Of a stretch of 32,000 bases of DNA, positions 10,001 through 17,420 are shown in pieces. The DNA lies in the NCBI GenBank assembly GCA_038236185.1, contig JBBSTE010000002.1, forward strand, positions 3,219 through 35,218, read 5' to 3'. The first letter of the stretch is position 1. Each line of letters starts with the position of its first letter. The notes beneath the pieces are model-generated. The model was not told the origin of the DNA and ran no database searches. It saw only the letters and a list, made by a program, of their open reading frames with translations. Made by a program: the position numbers and the translations under genes. The stretch comes from Sphingomonadales bacterium (GTDB taxonomy: Bacteria; Pseudomonadota; Alphaproteobacteria; Sphingomonadales; Sphingomonadaceae).

Positions 10001-10562
10001 TGAGCGGGGCGGCGCGCGCGCGATCGTTGAACTTCTCGAACTGCGCGACGTAGAGGCCGATCGTCGCGCGGTCGGTCAATCGGGCCGGGGCGTGGGCGCG
10101 GATATAGGCGAGTATGGCGTCCGACCGACCCGTCGCCCAAATGAGGTTGAGCGCCTTGCGCAAAGGAACGCCGGCCTCGGGCAAGCCGCGGTGGAGGGCG
10201 CCGACATAGCGATCGATCAGCGGCGATTGCGCCATCCGCTCGAACGCCAGAAACAATCGCCGCGCTTCGCCGAACGACAGCGCGTCGATCTTGCGCAATT
10301 CGCGCAGGCTGAACGCGACGCCGGGTTCGAAGCGCACGTCGCGCATCAGCCCGAACAGCCCTTTCAGATAGGCGATCTTCGCGGGCCGCTCGGTGATGCG
10401 CCGATAGGCCGCACGAGCTTTGGCGAAGCCGAGTTCGGGTTCGCGCGCGTCGAAATTCGCGCGCGCCTCGGCGAGCGCGGGCATCGTCCGATCACCCGCG
10501 GGGGGATCAGCCGCTCGCGCCATCGAAACCCGTTTGCCGACGCGGTCGGGCGAACGAGCCAT
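7005..10562 (-). CDS. Giant (about 1185 aa) helical-repeat protein with an internally duplicated module and a C-terminal GT4 glycosyltransferase domain
   Basis: Long ORF with high GC3. The C-terminal ~415 aa (about 7005..8255) carry ...ALLTSDREGLPNMLIEAQHFGVIPVSTDVGGAGETMDADVTGMLV, paralogous to 3739..4944. The N-terminal ~770 aa are Ala/Leu-rich helical repeats. Alternative starts are at 10523 and 10484. Confidence 0.8.
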   Translation of the reverse strand: MARSPDRVGKRVSMARAADPPAGDRTMPALAEARANFDAREPELGFAKARAAYRRITERPAKIAYLKGLFGLMRDVRFEPGVAFSLRELRKIDALSFGEARRLFLAFERMAQSPLIDRYVGALHRGLPEAGVPLRKALNLIWATGRSDAILAYIRAHAPARLTDRATIGLYVAQFEKFNDRARAAPLIAHLVSLDPADPGLRLDLIRALSERGDFVEAARHCVAAHAFESHRGEVDRAVRNLLDTLNEAVAGDPSAATADIARRALAQLDAIDSETPRRRAIERTLAIVATHPPSRPKAARPQQEPIVSIEEAASLLGSLQPGTRPYRLTSDATAILLRTADLAADSDALDRVLLAAPQLAEIVAERFLTPDDAAAGVRLFSALGPDHAAAVWAQAARLANLAGASESAAEFDARLAASRRGAAAPQQRPLADLAEAIALLSTLQAGTRPHRLVSDSAAALLRTADLSADPEILNRLLALSPELAGAVADRFSTPDDAAAGVAVFRALTTGLGGSIWLHGAKLAALAGSPRDVAEFAARLAPIPDVAVNDLRDVARLFTAAQTAEVDRFWSAAVSNNRSDAVVPTALRSLYALERSDSFYPIALGIAAGTLRPTIKTSAYVEAMRTMLARSWRRADAAPLADAAAIPLDPGLPAELALWTEALFAWAGFDYARARALLDEGHDRWPDSTIVSFANERALLAARFGEYGTVARDLATDGGAAPSGRPYAPLRNAAATIAAVAPSPDALYPQYLIDTIFDRAPQRLYDPVPRSLVTIVAALAAGGGERQAVSVIEAISRDPRVATQSLLVRSVTPERRGFFLPQVEASGIGFHVFEHDPIDGARVLALLKEPPDSPLSAALPLLPEGLRATICQLVPLLLERRPAVVHIRQDFFAAALACVLAGVPRFFIHRGSLTPDHWDLTVPQHLATVRPMQHTYRRLVSWPGFGFINNAMSGVRSDREWTSCDDPARFSLVHNIVDFARLGPSHDPDDSVRLSIGAAPGDLVIGAAFRFHRVKRPLLWLAAAKHILTRHPEARFLMLGDGEMKDAMTAYAEAEGFADRLHLPGSIGDLGPWYRAMDVALLTSDREGLPNMLIEAQHFGVIPVSTDVGGAGETMDADVTGMLVPVDSTPEAVGDAIVAAFDDRVWFARARAAAPDFVHARFGAETAIDQIVGLYGFAEADQSTL
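8934..9650 (-). repeat. Intragenic tandem duplication: two modules of about 115-123 aa (about 369 nt period) inside the 7005..10562 CDS
   Basis: Protein residues ~305-425 and ~428-543 align colinearly: LLGSLQPGTRPYRLTSDATAILLRTADLAADSDALDRVLLAAPQLAEIVAERFLTPDDAAAGVRLF versus LLSTLQAGTRPHRLVSDSAAALLRTADLSADPEILNRLLALSPELAGAVADRFSTPDDAAAGVAVF. The similarity is visible in DNA too: ggcggtacggccgcgttcccggttgcaa near 9578 versus ggcggtgcggccgcgttcccgcctgcaa near 9208. Confidence 0.75.
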
Positions 10563-10607
10563 AGGCTGCGTGGTCGGGCGACTTCCGGGGCGAAGGGGCG
10601 CGCGTCC

Positions 10608-12209
10608 TCATAGTCCCGCCTCCGGGGTCGCGGCGGCGCCGCCGGCATCGATGATCTTGCGGAGGTCCGCCAATCCGGCGATCGACGGGTCGAATGCGGC
10701 AGCGGCGGCGGCCGCATTCGCGGCGCCGTCATACTCTCCGAGCGCGGCGCGATTTCTGCCGAGTTCGATCTGCGCTTCCGCGCCGTCCTGCAGTCCCGCG
10801 ACCCGCTCCCACGCCGCGGCGGCGAGATCGAATTGGCGCAGCTTGGCCGCCGCCTTGGCGAGCAGGCGATGGAGGTCAAGATTGTCGGGCGCGACCTCGC
10901 GGCCGATCGATCCCGCGGTGACGACCCTGGTGAACTCGCGCGCCTTATAATCGGCGCGCATCGCCTGCACGAGTAGCCGTCCTATGCGATCGAGCCGCTG
11001 GTCGGCCGACGGCCGTTCCGTCGCGTCGGGGGGTATTGCCGCCAAATAAGTCGCGGCGGCGATGGGGTCCTCCGCGACAATCGCGTCGCGTCCTAGCTTG
11101 AACAGCCTCTGCGAAAGTTTCTTGCGGTGCTTGGCGGCTTCTTCATTTAACGGCCAGCGCTCAATCAGGTCGTTCCAGGCAGCCATCGCGTCGATTGGAC
11201 GATCGAGCCATTCCAGTGCGCGCGCGCGCTGTAGCCAAGCCTCTTCCAGATCGGGGCTGGCGGCGATCATTGTGCACCAAAGGTCTTCGGCCAGCCCGAG
11301 CTCGCCGGCGTTCATCAGAGCGCGCCCGTAGAGAAGCACGATCTCGGGATTTGCCGGGTCGCTGCGATACAGCGTCCGCAAGCTGTGGATCGCCTCGCCG
11401 AACTCGCCGATCCGGTTCAGCGCGCGCGCCTGTCCCAGGAAATTGCTGGCCAGCCGATCGATGCCATGCACAGCGAGGACTTCGTCGTGCGACAGGACCA
11501 GAGCCGCGCGGAAATCGTTGAACGCGGCGGTCTGCGCGCCATCGCGCTCGCGCTGTACTCCGGAGGAAAGCAAGGCTTGTATCAACGCTTCCCCATCGAC
11601 GGGCGGCGCGGCAGCCGAACCGCTCATCTGCACTCCGGCGAGTGCGGCGGCGAGACCGCGGGAATTGCCGGCCAATGCGAACGTGTCGATTAGAGCGCTG
11701 ACCCCGGCGGCATCGATAACCGCGATTCGCGCCACCAATTTCGCCAGCGCCTCGAACTGATCGAGTTCGAGCAGCGTCGCCGCGACCATCGGCAGGGCAT
11801 CGGCACGCTCGACGGCGATCGCGGCGAGGCGCGCCGCTGCGGCGATCGCGAACGAATCGTTCCCCACCTTCGCGTTGGCGCGAGCCGCCTGGCGCAACGC
11901 CTCGACCGGATCGGGCGAAAGATCGGCGAGTTGGCGCCACGACGACGCGGCGAGCGGCGCGTCCTTCAGCTTGTTTGCGGCGCGCGCCAGCAACTGGACG
12001 ACTTCGACGTGCGGCGGGTAATCGGCGAGATAGGCCGCCGCGCGTTCGCGGACCGTCTCGAATTGTTCACGGCGCGAGGCGAGGCGAACGCCCCAGAGGC
12101 GTGTCTGTTCGGTGTCGGGAAGGTTGGCCAGCGACGCCTCGCACCCGGGGTAATCGCCGGCGGCGTAAGCGGCGCGGATTTCCGGCCAAATCTCGCTTGC
12201 GTCTTTCAC
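10608..12209 (-). CDS. Tetratricopeptide (TPR) repeat protein
   Basis: 533-aa ORF with a GTG start at 12209, 3 nt after the stop of the upstream epimerase gene. It has repeated TPR-like helical hairpins, e.g. GEFGEAIHSLRTLYRSDPANPEIVLLYGRALMNAGELGLAEDLWCTMIAASPDLEEAWLQRARALEWLDRPIDAMAAWNDLIERWP. No catalytic motif was recognised. Confidence 0.7.
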   Translation of the reverse strand: MKDASEIWPEIRAAYAAGDYPGCEASLANLPDTEQTRLWGVRLASRREQFETVRERAAAYLADYPPHVEVVQLLARAANKLKDAPLAASSWRQLADLSPDPVEALRQAARANAKVGNDSFAIAAAARLAAIAVERADALPMVAATLLELDQFEALAKLVARIAVIDAAGVSALIDTFALAGNSRGLAAALAGVQMSGSAAAPPVDGEALIQALLSSGVQRERDGAQTAAFNDFRAALVLSHDEVLAVHGIDRLASNFLGQARALNRIGEFGEAIHSLRTLYRSDPANPEIVLLYGRALMNAGELGLAEDLWCTMIAASPDLEEAWLQRARALEWLDRPIDAMAAWNDLIERWPLNEEAAKHRKKLSQRLFKLGRDAIVAEDPIAAATYLAAIPPDATERPSADQRLDRIGRLLVQAMRADYKAREFTRVVTAGSIGREVAPDNLDLHRLLAKAAAKLRQFDLAAAAWERVAGLQDGAEAQIELGRNRAALGEYDGAANAAAAAAAFDPSIAGLADLRKIIDAGGAAATPEAGL

Positions 12210-12212
12210 GAT

Positions 12213-13196
12213 CTAGGCCCGCTGTCCGTGATAGTCGCGGTACCACTCGACGAAACGCGGGATGCCGACCTCGATCGGCGTGGCCGGCGCGAAACCGTGC
12301 TCGGCGGTGATCGCGGAAATGTCGGCGTAGGTCGAGGGGACGTCGCCGGGCTGCAGGGGTTCGAGCCGCTTCTCCGCCTTCAGCCCGATCGCATCCTCCA
12401 GCACCGCGATCATCTTCAACAACGGCTCGGGGTGGTTGTTGCCGATATTGTAGACGCGGTGCGGTGGGGTCGTGCCGTCGTCGGTAGGGGGATTGTCGGT
12501 CACCGCCAGCACGCCCGCGACGATATCGTCGACATAGGTGAAGTCGCGGCTCATCTCGCCGTGGTTGAAGACGCTGATCGGCTCGCCCGCGAGGATCGCC
12601 TTGGTGAACAGCCACATCGCCATGTCGGGGCGGCCCCAGGGTCCGTAGACGGTGAAGAACCTGAGGCCCGTCAGCGGGATGCGGAACAGGTGCGCGTAGA
12701 CATTGCCCATCAGCTCGTCCGCCTTCTTGGTCGCGGCGTAGAGCGAGACGGGAGAATCGACGCGGTCGCTTTCGGCGAAGGGCAGCTTGGTGTTGCCGCC
12801 GTAGACCGAACTCGACGAGGCGTAGCTCATCGAATCGAGGCCATCGAGATTACGCGCATATTCTAGCAGATTGACCTGCCCGACGATGTTTGCCTGGATA
12901 TAGGCCTGCGGATTGATCAGCGAGTAACGCACCCCCGCCTGCGCCGCGAGGTGGACGATCCGCTTGACCTTCGCGCCCGCGAGCGCCGCGCCGAGCGCCG
13001 CCGCGTCGGCGATATCGACATGGTGGAACGTGAAGTTCGCGTGTTCCGTCAGCCGGACCAGCCGGTCGCGCTTTAACTGGACCGAATAATAATCGTTGAG
13101 ATTATCGACGCCGACGACGGTCTCGCCGCGTTCGAGTAATGCGGTCGCCACATGCGAGCCGATGAACCCGGCGGCGCCGGTTACGAGATAGGTCAC
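12213..13196 (-). CDS. NAD-dependent SDR epimerase, UDP-glucuronate (or UDP-GlcNAcA) 4-epimerase family
   Basis: MTYLVTGAAGFIGSHVATALLERGETVVGVDNLNDYYSVQLKRDRL... has the GxxGxxG Rossmann motif. The catalytic YAATK (YxxxK) and a length of 327 aa are typical of Cap1J/LpsL/Gla-type uronate 4-epimerases. GTG start at 13196. Confidence 0.85.
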   Translation of the reverse strand: MTYLVTGAAGFIGSHVATALLERGETVVGVDNLNDYYSVQLKRDRLVRLTEHANFTFHHVDIADAAALGAALAGAKVKRIVHLAAQAGVRYSLINPQAYIQANIVGQVNLLEYARNLDGLDSMSYASSSSVYGGNTKLPFAESDRVDSPVSLYAATKKADELMGNVYAHLFRIPLTGLRFFTVYGPWGRPDMAMWLFTKAILAGEPISVFNHGEMSRDFTYVDDIVAGVLAVTDNPPTDDGTTPPHRVYNIGNNHPEPLLKMIAVLEDAIGLKAEKRLEPLQPGDVPSTYADISAITAEHGFAPATPIEVGIPRFVEWYRDYHGQRA

Positions 13197-13211
13197 GGTC
13201 GCACCATCCTG

Positions 13212-14009
13212 TCATTGCTCGAACAGGCCAAAATCCACGATATGGATCTGCTTGCTCTTGTCATTCGAGAACTTCGCTCGGGCAGAGAGGTACGACCAAA
13301 CCTCGTCACTTAGTTTATTATTCGCCAGGCTCATGAAAATCTCACCGTTTTCTGTGAGCACGGCAGTACGCAGATCCTTGATGAAGAAACGCCACGCCTC
13401 GATCGTCCACGGATTCTTGTCGGCGTCAACATTGAACGCGGCAAGAAACGCGGTGACCAGGTCGTAGCGCCGCTCGAACGGCGGCAGCGGCGTGAATTGC
13501 TCGATCGCGACCGGGATGCGGCGAACCTGGTAGATGTCGCCCAGCGCATCGTACAGATGCCCGTTCTCGACGACCCCGGTCGTGCGCGACGGGAGATCGG
13601 TGCCGACGACATGGTGGCCATAGAATTCGGCGACGACGGGGAAATGCGCGGGGCCGGTGCCGATGTCGAGAATGTGCATCGGCGCGCGGGTCGGCAGGTT
13701 GATCCGCGACGCGAGCGACAGCTTGCTTTCGAACCAGATCGTCGGATCGATATATTTCGAGATGTCGGCGGCCGGATCGATCACGCCTTCCGACAGATGG
13801 TAATCCTGCATTTCGCCGAACTTCTTCGTATCGACGCGGTCGAGCAGATAGCGATAGAATCGGATCTTCTCGTCGTTGCCGGGGCGGTCGGCCTCGGTCA
13901 GCCGCGCGATGGCGTCGCCGACGACATCCTCGAATTCGCCGAAGACGCCGGGCAGATGTTGTTCCTTCACCTTGGCGAGGGGAACGGGGGCGACGCGGTT
14001 GCGGATCAT
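13212..14009 (-). CDS. Class I SAM-dependent methyltransferase (paralog of 16611..17396)
   Basis: 265 aa. Motif I is MHILDIGTGPAHFPVVAEFYGHHVVGTDL, followed by RYDLVTAFLAAFN. It is colinear with the 16611..17396 product. The 3-prime ~250 bp (13212-13460) are visibly lower in GC than the neighbouring genes. Confidence 0.65.
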   Translation of the reverse strand: MIRNRVAPVPLAKVKEQHLPGVFGEFEDVVGDAIARLTEADRPGNDEKIRFYRYLLDRVDTKKFGEMQDYHLSEGVIDPAADISKYIDPTIWFESKLSLASRINLPTRAPMHILDIGTGPAHFPVVAEFYGHHVVGTDLPSRTTGVVENGHLYDALGDIYQVRRIPVAIEQFTPLPPFERRYDLVTAFLAAFNVDADKNPWTIEAWRFFIKDLRTAVLTENGEIFMSLANNKLSDEVWSYLSARAKFSNDKSKQIHIVDFGLFEQ

Positions 14010-14041
14010 ATCGGCCTTATAGTGAAGGGGTTTAGGAAACG

Positions 14042-15247
14042 TCAGACGGTCTCTGCCGCCAGTTCGCGGTGCTTTTCCATCAGTTCGGCCCAGGTGTCCT
14101 GCATCGCCTTGTCCTCGGCGATCAGTCGGGCGTGGACGGGATCGAGATCGGCATCGGGCAAGGGAGCGATCTTCACGCCATAGTCGAGCGCGCGCAGTCG
14201 CGCCATCGAGCCGGTGTTGCCGCCGATCGCATGGCCGGGCTCGGTGCGAGTGAGGACGCTCTCGTCATAGCGCAGCCCGAAGGTGTCGCAGACCGCGCGC
14301 AACAGCGGCGCGGGATCAATCGTGAACGCATCGAAATTGAGATAGCCGACCGTCCCGGCCGGGCGGAAGCGATCGAGATAGGTCCGGTAGCTGCGCGTCC
14401 ATACCGGGATGTAGGTCCGGCACTCGGCCTCGTAATAATCGGCCTCGCGATCGGCCGGCAGCTTGTTCAGCTTCGACCGCCACGCCTGTTCGGGCGACTT
14501 GAAGACGACCAGAGCGGACAGATCGAGCAGCGGGTCGTTGTCGACCAGCTTGGGCGCATTCTTGTCCGCCGAGACGAGAACGTCGGTGCCGAGCCGCGCC
14601 GCGATCTTGCGATACCAGTCGGTATGGTCCGCCGCGAGGCCGAGCCGAAAATCGAGCGACAGCGTCTCGCAGTCGCGGCCGCAGACGGAACATGGGACGA
14701 CCTGCGATTCGGCGATCGGTTTGGAAAAGTCGATGTTCTGGTACGCGTTCGCGGCGCGTTCCTTCACGATCCAGTGCGATTCGCCGATGCTCTTGACCTC
14801 GGGAAGCCCGCCCAGCACGCGATCGAGCAAGGTGCTGCCGCAATAGGAAACGCCGCAGATCACGAGGTGCTTAAAGTCCTTGCCGGCAACCGGCAGCGTC
14901 CGGTCAAGCGCGGCGACGAGATTTTCGCGGAAGGCGGGCGTCGCCGCCGGGGTGGCATCGCCCGCCGCTTCGTCGGCCGAGCGTCCGCCCTCCATCGCCG
15001 CGCTGGCGACGTGATACGCCGCCTCGAGGTCGGTGGGATCGGCCTCCGCCAGCGCCTGCCACAGCGGCCGCGCCTCGTCGCTGCGGTGTTGGGCGTCCAT
15101 CGTGCGCGCGGTCGCACGTCGGACCGCCTCGTCGTCGGGGCGCCGTTCCAGCACCTCGAACGCGATCTTTTCCGCGGAAGCGAGATCGCGTTCGGTTCGG
15201 GCATTCATCCAATGGACACGCGAGGGAGCGCGCTGAGCCACCGCCAT
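14042..15247 (-). CDS. TPR-like N-terminal region fused to a sulfotransferase-like domain
   Basis: Track ORF 14042..15457, trimmed to ATG 15247 (MAVAQRAPSRVHWMNARTERDL...). This leaves an 85-bp gap to the upstream gene stop at 15333. An alternative ATG is at 15208. KHLVICGVSYCGSTLLDRVLGG resembles a PAPS 5-prime-phosphosulfate binding loop, and ALVVFKSPEQAWRS resembles the 3-prime-PB strand-helix. There is a Cys cluster, VPCSVCGRDC. Motif-level call only. Confidence 0.5.
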   Translation of the reverse strand: MAVAQRAPSRVHWMNARTERDLASAEKIAFEVLERRPDDEAVRRATARTMDAQHRSDEARPLWQALAEADPTDLEAAYHVASAAMEGGRSADEAAGDATPAATPAFRENLVAALDRTLPVAGKDFKHLVICGVSYCGSTLLDRVLGGLPEVKSIGESHWIVKERAANAYQNIDFSKPIAESQVVPCSVCGRDCETLSLDFRLGLAADHTDWYRKIAARLGTDVLVSADKNAPKLVDNDPLLDLSALVVFKSPEQAWRSKLNKLPADREADYYEAECRTYIPVWTRSYRTYLDRFRPAGTVGYLNFDAFTIDPAPLLRAVCDTFGLRYDESVLTRTEPGHAIGGNTGSMARLRALDYGVKIAPLPDADLDPVHARLIAEDKAMQDTWAELMEKHRELAAETV

Positions 15248-15332
15248 GTTGGTATCGTCTCTCCGGAACCCCACGGCGCGGCTAAACACCATCGTGCGCC
15301 GCGATGTCCACCAAAATGACCCGCCTGTGCCG

Positions 15333-16484
15333 TTATCGCTCGGCTTTGGGTCCGACGGTCTTCGCCAATTCGGCCTTGAGACCGGCAGGGTTGGCGACGT
15401 GGTAGCGGTAGGGTGGGGTAAAGACGCGTCCGTTGCTTCCGCCTTCGTCGCGCGCACCGTTCGTCAGCAGGTTGCGCGACCGCGACAGGATGCCCGTGCC
15501 GCGGTCGCTACCGTCGTCGGACGAACGCTCGCCGATCGTGAACGCGGCCTTGCAGCGATCGTCGCCGCGCCGCGCCTCGAAATAATTGCCCTCGGCGAGC
15601 ATCTGGGCCCCGCCGGTCACCGAAACCGCCCAGCCGAGTTCGGTTCCGGTCGTGCACGGCGTGTCGCGGCCCCAATTCTCGATCACGTTGTTGAGCAGAT
15701 GGACCTTCGCGCCCGATGCCGCGCGGGGAGTGCGGCGGAAATTCCCGTCGAACAGGTTGCGCGCGACCGTCACGCGCATGTTTGCCGGAAGCTGCGACGC
15801 CGGCACCTGACCCGACGCGCCGACGAGGATCGCATAATAGGAATCGGTGAAGCGGTTGTTCGAAATGGTGACGCGGTCCGCGCCCATCGCGCGCCGCCCG
15901 GCCGCGGGGACGTCGCTCCACAGTGCGATGCATTTGTCCCCGCAGTTCGCGAAGGCATTGTGATCGATCAGGATGTCGTGCGAATCGCCTTGTGCGAGGA
16001 TCGCGACGCCGCAGCCGACGACGTCGGTCGGGCGCATCGGCCTCGCGCAATGCGACGCGGCGAATTCGCTGCGGAACACGATGTTGCGGATGACGATATT
16101 GCTCGAATCGTCGATCATCAGCTTGATGCGGGAGGGGCCGCCGATCGCCGCCGGCGACGTGTCGGCTCCGACGGGCGCGCCGTTGATCGTCACCGAAGAC
16201 GCGACGAGGATCGGTCGCTCGACCCGGATCGTGCCGTTGGTGCGGAACCGGACGCGCGTGTTGGGTTTCGTCGCGCAGGCGCGCAGCGAACCTGGTCCGT
16301 CGTCGGTCAGCGATGTGACGATGCACAGGCAATTGGCGGTGCCGGGGGCGCACAGCGCCCCGGTCGCGGCGGCGCCGAAGCCGATGCCGTGTACGGGCGA
16401 TGATGCGACCTGCGGGCTCGCGATCGCGGCACCGTTCAGCCCGATCGCGGTGAAGGCGAGTGCAAGAAGCGTGTTATGGTTCAC
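15333..16484 (-). CDS. Secreted right-handed beta-helix polysaccharide lyase, pectate lyase (PL1)-like
   Basis: Signal peptide MNHNTLLALAFTAIGLNGAAIASP. HDILIDHNAFANCGDKCIALW corresponds to the PL1 vWIDH block. NFRRTPRAASGAKVHLLNNVIENWG corresponds to the PL1 R-x-P-R-x-R-x-G-x-x-H-x-x-NN block. Confidence 0.7.
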   Translation of the reverse strand: MNHNTLLALAFTAIGLNGAAIASPQVASSPVHGIGFGAAATGALCAPGTANCLCIVTSLTDDGPGSLRACATKPNTRVRFRTNGTIRVERPILVASSVTINGAPVGADTSPAAIGGPSRIKLMIDDSSNIVIRNIVFRSEFAASHCARPMRPTDVVGCGVAILAQGDSHDILIDHNAFANCGDKCIALWSDVPAAGRRAMGADRVTISNNRFTDSYYAILVGASGQVPASQLPANMRVTVARNLFDGNFRRTPRAASGAKVHLLNNVIENWGRDTPCTTGTELGWAVSVTGGAQMLAEGNYFEARRGDDRCKAAFTIGERSSDDGSDRGTGILSRSRNLLTNGARDEGGSNGRVFTPPYRYHVANPAGLKAELAKTVGPKAER

Positions 16485-16610
16485 GATGCTCTCCGATCCC
16501 GAAATAAGCGAACGGCGATCGCAATGGCGCCAGCTTCCGAAACCGGCGCTGAACGATCACGCGGATCAGCCCGCTTGCGAGCCACAAGCCCCTTCTCTAA
16601 CGACATCGCG

Positions 16611-17396
16611 ATGACGGGGGATGCTGAACGCGCCGGTGCGGGCGGAGAACCGGGTCGGTCGGCTCCCGCCAGCACATTCGCGTTGAGAGCAGAGGAACTG
16701 CGTCGGACGACGATAACCGCGCGGCGCATTCTGCGGGCGTTCGATTCCGGCGTCGCCGCGATCGATCCTGACCGGATTGCGGGGCTGGAGGCCTATGTCG
16801 CAGCGCATCCCGCTTCGACGAGCGATCCGCTCGAGGCCAAATATCTCGATCTTCCGCTCTACTTGAAGGACAAGGCGCGTTGGCTGGTCGATCTTCGGCT
16901 CGACGACGCGGCGCCGCAATCGATCCTCGACCTTGGCATGGGGGGCGGGCATTTCCCGTTTCTCGCCAAGGCGCACGGGCACCGCGTGCTCGGGATCGAC
17001 CTCGACGTGTCGCTCTATTCGCAAATCCTCGAAGCCTATGACGTGACGCGGCTGGTGCATCGTATCGAACCGGACGCGCCTCTGCCGGTGGACGACCGGT
17101 TCGACCTAATCACCGCGCTGCAGATAACCTTCAATCGCAAGCCCGGCATCGCGCACAGCGAGGAGGGCGGCGCCTATTGGACCGAGGCCGAATGGGCGAC
17201 GTTCATCGACGAGCTTTGCCGCCATCTGGTCTATCCGGGGCGGATTTTCTTCAATTTCAACCGCCAGACGATGCCGTCGGGCGAGCATCACGCCGATATG
17301 CTGCTCGACCTGTTCGAGGCGAACGGCGCCCGGGTCGATTTCTGGAAATATACCGCGCTGCTGGAATTGACCGGGCCGATCACGCTGCGCGCGTAA
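16611..17396 (+). CDS. Class I SAM-dependent methyltransferase (paralog of 13212..14009)
   Basis: Track ORF 16476..17396. ATG 16611 is preferred because it gives 261 aa with motif I (SILDLGMGGGHFPFLAKAHGHRVLGIDL) at the same distance from the N-terminus as in the 265-aa paralog. It also avoids overlapping the divergent lyase gene. RFDLITALQITFN and WTEAEWATFIDEL match RYDLVTAFLAAFN and WTIEAWRFFIKDL in the paralog. ATG 16524 remains possible. Confidence 0.6.
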   Translation: MTGDAERAGAGGEPGRSAPASTFALRAEELRRTTITARRILRAFDSGVAAIDPDRIAGLEAYVAAHPASTSDPLEAKYLDLPLYLKDKARWLVDLRLDDAAPQSILDLGMGGGHFPFLAKAHGHRVLGIDLDVSLYSQILEAYDVTRLVHRIEPDAPLPVDDRFDLITALQITFNRKPGIAHSEEGGAYWTEAEWATFIDELCRHLVYPGRIFFNFNRQTMPSGEHHADMLLDLFEANGARVDFWKYTALLELTGPITLRA

Positions 17397-17420
17397 CCGC
17401 ACCCAAGGAGCCGCAAGCCG

